In this document: positions 34,139 through 36,762 of the stretch, piece by piece
Layout: every line of letters begins with the position of its first letter
Position numbering within the stretch: the first letter of the stretch is position 1
Origin: a virus
Taxonomy: Duplodnaviria > Caudoviricetes
Strand: one strand, 5' to 3'
Virus record (IMG/VR): IMGVR_UViG_3300025325_000084
Coordinates: 1 to 36,762 of that record
DNA: 36,762 bases
Translations under genes and position numbers: made by a program
Notes under the pieces: model-generated
What the model was told of the DNA's origin: nothing
Seen by the model: the letters and a program-made list of their open reading frames with translations, nothing else
Databases searched by the model: none

Positions 34139-34957
34139 ATGTTATTTATAGGGCGTAGAGCTGTTTACATAGCTTCTATACCCGTATCCTCGGGAACGGC
34201 AGTAGCAGCTTCTTTAACTGGAATTGGAGATTTAAGTTATTCCGCACTTTTAAATATACCAATATTTTCAACTCTTTCTGGACAGGGAAATTTATCTTTA
34301 TTAGTGGATGGAATTAGAATAATTTCCAGTTCACTATCTGGACAGGGAAGCTTATCATCAGATGTTGATGTAAATGTGGTTATTAGTTCAATATTATCTG
34401 GAACTGGAAACTTAACATTTGATATTATTAAAAATATCTTTGCACAATCAATTCTATCCGGAATTGGGAATCTTACTGCGAGTCCAATAAAAATCATTTC
34501 AGTAACTTCTGAAATGCTAGGAGTGGGCGATCTATCTGCCTTAGCAATTAGAGGGGTAGTTATATCATCAACTCTTTCTGGTGATGGCAGTTTATCATCA
34601 GATGTAATTATACAAGAAGTAATTAGAACTGTTTTATCTGGATTAGGTGATCTAGATTCTAATGTTATAAAATTAATTCCAACAATCTCCCAATTTTCGG
34701 GCCAGGGAAATTTAATTGAATTTGTAATTCTTTTGATACCAATAGAAGCTAGCATAAGTAATATATCAAGTTTATTGACATTCCTAATTAGAAAGATAAA
34801 GCCACATAAAAGAATCTATCAGCTAGAAGATAACCTAAGAACAGTAACATCAGAAGATAACAACGAAACAGTATATATTCACGGAGAAAGAGAAACAAAA
34901 ATAGGCGAAGAAAGAATAGCTTTTGTCCATAAAATCGGAACGAGTACAAAAGTTTAG
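34139..34957 (+). CDS. Ser/Gly/Ile-rich repeat protein (about ten LSGxGxL units, ~20-aa period), likely fibre-like
   Basis: SLTGIGDL, TLSGQGNL, SLSGQGSL, ILSGTGNL, ILSGIGNL, etc. Confidence 0.65.
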   Translation: MLFIGRRAVYIASIPVSSGTAVAASLTGIGDLSYSALLNIPIFSTLSGQGNLSLLVDGIRIISSSLSGQGSLSSDVDVNVVISSILSGTGNLTFDIIKNIFAQSILSGIGNLTASPIKIISVTSEMLGVGDLSALAIRGVVISSTLSGDGSLSSDVIIQEVIRTVLSGLGDLDSNVIKLIPTISQFSGQGNLIEFVILLIPIEASISNISSLLTFLIRKIKPHKRIYQLEDNLRTVTSEDNNETVYIHGERETKIGEERIAFVHKIGTSTKV

Positions 34958-34966
34958 GAGAATTCA

Positions 34967-35341
34967 ATGAGTATTAGTGACTACTTAGAAGATAAAATTT
35001 TAGATCATGTGTTGAGAAACACATCTTATACGCCGCCAGCTATTGTATATATGAGCTTACATACAAACGATCCCTTAGAAACCGGTGCTGATGAGGTTGT
35101 TGGAGGCAGTTACATTAGAAAGGCTATAACTATGGGGCCTGCAGCTAGTGGAATAATTTCAAACTCGGCTCAACTGTCTTTTACTAGTATGCCCGCTGTT
35201 ACAATTACACACGCTGGTATTTGGGATGCTGAATCTGGAGTAAATTTCCTTTGGGGAGGATCATTAGTAGCTCAAAAAGTTGTAAACGCCGGTGACACTG
35301 TACTTTGTGGTATTGGCGATCTAGATGTAACTTTGGATTAA
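34967..35341 (+). CDS. Phage fibre/structural protein (SDYLE..ILDH family)
   Basis: SDYLEDKILDH, Y.SLHT.DP, EV.GGSY.R, ITH.GIWDA..G.NFL. Confidence 0.75.
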   Translation: MSISDYLEDKILDHVLRNTSYTPPAIVYMSLHTNDPLETGADEVVGGSYIRKAITMGPAASGIISNSAQLSFTSMPAVTITHAGIWDAESGVNFLWGGSLVAQKVVNAGDTVLCGIGDLDVTLD

Positions 35342-35345
35342 TCCG

Positions 35346-36116
35346 ATGACATCGATCTGGTTCACTAAAGACCCCGAAGCTCTTTTAGATTATACAATAG
35401 ACTGGTCTGATTGGATGGAGACTAGTGATTTTATTGTAGACAGTACTTGGATTGCACCAGCTGGAATAACAATTGATCATCAAGTCTTTACTGAGAATAG
35501 GACTACTGTTTGGATTTCTGGAGGTACATCCGGAGAAAGCTATGATCTAATTAATAGGATCACAACCAATGACGGAAGAGAAGATGAGAGAGATTTAACT
35601 ATTTATGTTAGAGAAATTCCATATCTTCTATCCAGACTGTTACCAGAATTAAGATTACATCTAGGAGATATAAATTCAGCTACTTACAGATATCAAGACG
35701 ATTGGCTATTAACTGCTCTACTATTATCTGTAAGAAGTTTACAACGTTGGTGGAATTTTAAATATCTAGTGGACTTTACTTCTCAGGATGTTTATAGAAA
35801 CCCAAGCACAACCTTTATACAACCATCTCCTCCGGTAATTGAAGATGCGGATGTTAGACCAATTATCCTAATGGCGTCAATTATTATCAAAGAGGGGAGT
35901 TTACAAGACAGCTCATGGAATTCTGTAGCTTGGAGAGATGCTGAAATTTCTTATTCTAACCTAGAAGGATCGAGAGCTAAACAAGAACTATTAAGATCTG
36001 ATTGGGAAGAATTAAAAACTCTTATCTCCCCTCCAAGTAAAAGATTAGCATTTCCTAGAAAGGGAAGTCTACCTGGATATATCAATAATGCATACGAAAG
36101 AACCACAAGATTTTAA
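35346..36116 (+). CDS. Virion adaptor-like protein (KDP...LDY..DW N-domain fused to a possible head-tail connector domain)
   Basis: FTKDPEALLDYTIDWSDW...VWISGG..G..Y...N.ITT..GR; then LRLHLGD. Confidence 0.65.
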   Translation: MTSIWFTKDPEALLDYTIDWSDWMETSDFIVDSTWIAPAGITIDHQVFTENRTTVWISGGTSGESYDLINRITTNDGREDERDLTIYVREIPYLLSRLLPELRLHLGDINSATYRYQDDWLLTALLLSVRSLQRWWNFKYLVDFTSQDVYRNPSTTFIQPSPPVIEDADVRPIILMASIIIKEGSLQDSSWNSVAWRDAEISYSNLEGSRAKQELLRSDWEELKTLISPPSKRLAFPRKGSLPGYINNAYERTTRF

Positions 36117-36141
36117 ATAAAAGGAGAATTATAAGGACAGG

Positions 36142-36762
36142 ATGAATAAAATAAGAGTACTTTGGATTTCAGACGGTGTAATTCCAACAGGTTTTTCTAG
36201 AGTATCACATTCAATAATTAAATATCTACCAAAAGATAAATACGAGATCCTCCATCTAGCCATTAACTATGATGGTGATCCTCACCCATTCAATCATAAA
36301 ATATATACAGCTAAAAACAAAGGAGATATTTACGGAACGAATAGAATTAAAGAATTCTCCAAAGCTGGAGTAGATTTAATTTTTATTTTGAATGATCTGT
36401 GGATAACTACTATGTATTTAGAGGAAATTAAAAATGTATTTAAAGAAAATATTCCTCCAGTAGTTGCATACTTTCCGGTAGATGCCAAGGGATATGATTC
36501 CGAGTGGTTTAGACATTTTGATATAGTTAAAGAAGCTGTTGTATATACTAAGTTTGGTTATGATGTAGTTAAGGAAGAAGCTCCAAGAACTTTTGACTTC
36601 AAGATAGTTCCTCACGGAGTGGATACTAGTATTTTTTACAAAATGGATAAGACTAGAGAAGAATTAAAAAAGGAATTCTTCCCTCCAAGAGAAGATTTTG
36701 AAGATTCTTTCATAGTACTCAATGCTAATAGAAACCAACCTAGAAAGAGAATTGATATTGCA
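36142..36762 (+). CDS. Glycosyltransferase family 4 (GT-B), 3'-truncated by window edge
   Basis: Not in the ORF track. Manual translation MNKIRVLWISDGVIPTGFSRV...YFPVD...VPHGVD...NANRNQPRKRID. Confidence 0.85.
   Translation, partial: MNKIRVLWISDGVIPTGFSRVSHSIIKYLPKDKYEILHLAINYDGDPHPFNHKIYTAKNKGDIYGTNRIKEFSKAGVDLIFILNDLWITTMYLEEIKNVFKENIPPVVAYFPVDAKGYDSEWFRHFDIVKEAVVYTKFGYDVVKEEAPRTFDFKIVPHGVDTSIFYKMDKTREELKKEFFPPREDFEDSFIVLNANRNQPRKRIDIA

Noticed and set aside
34237-34755. 172-aa minus-strand ORF (also 27480-27815, 28678-28986, 9126-9413 and other short opposite-strand ORFs)
   Set aside because: Antisense to well-supported genes; no independent evidence
1-36762. Stop-codon recoding, introns or inteins
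   Set aside because: Core genes (polA, dnaB, recA, terL, portal, capsid) are intact and of ordinary length in code 11; no suppressor tRNA seen

Overview
AT-rich fragment of a tailed dsDNA phage (Caudoviricetes) genome with two divergent arms that switch at about 15.3-15.9 kb. The left arm (minus strand) carries a family-A DNA polymerase, RecA/UvsX, a gp32-like SSB, DnaB helicase, a Holliday junction resolvase, a Cas4/RecB-like exonuclease, an RNase H-fold exonuclease, an N6-type DNA methyltransferase, a dNMP kinase-like protein, a Zn-dependent deaminase, six tRNAs (Thr-UGU, Ile-UAU, Asn-GUU, Gly-UCC, Pro-UGG, Arg-UCU) and a truncated macrodomain gene. The right arm (plus strand) carries small ORFs, a HAD deoxyribonucleotidase and a candidate terminase small subunit. 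These are followed by a glycan-synthesis cassette (2x GT2, GT11, GT25, a GT-A-like protein, a TagD-like cytidylyltransferase, 2 methyltransferases) immediately before terminase large subunit, portal, protease/scaffold, capsid decoration protein, major capsid, virion accessory/repeat proteins and a truncated GT4. The most unusual signals are: (i) a tightly packed array of four unannotated 80-115 nt structured RNA-like units at 10131-10547, each closed by a terminal helix and one carrying a tRNA/tmRNA-type T-arm, plus a similar unit exactly filling the gap between two tRNAs (1102-1198); (ii) the glycosylation cassette inside the packaging module; (iii) atypical tRNAs (Ile-UAU, and C33 in two tRNAs). 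All calls come from motif reading and manual base-pairing; no searches or folding programs were run.
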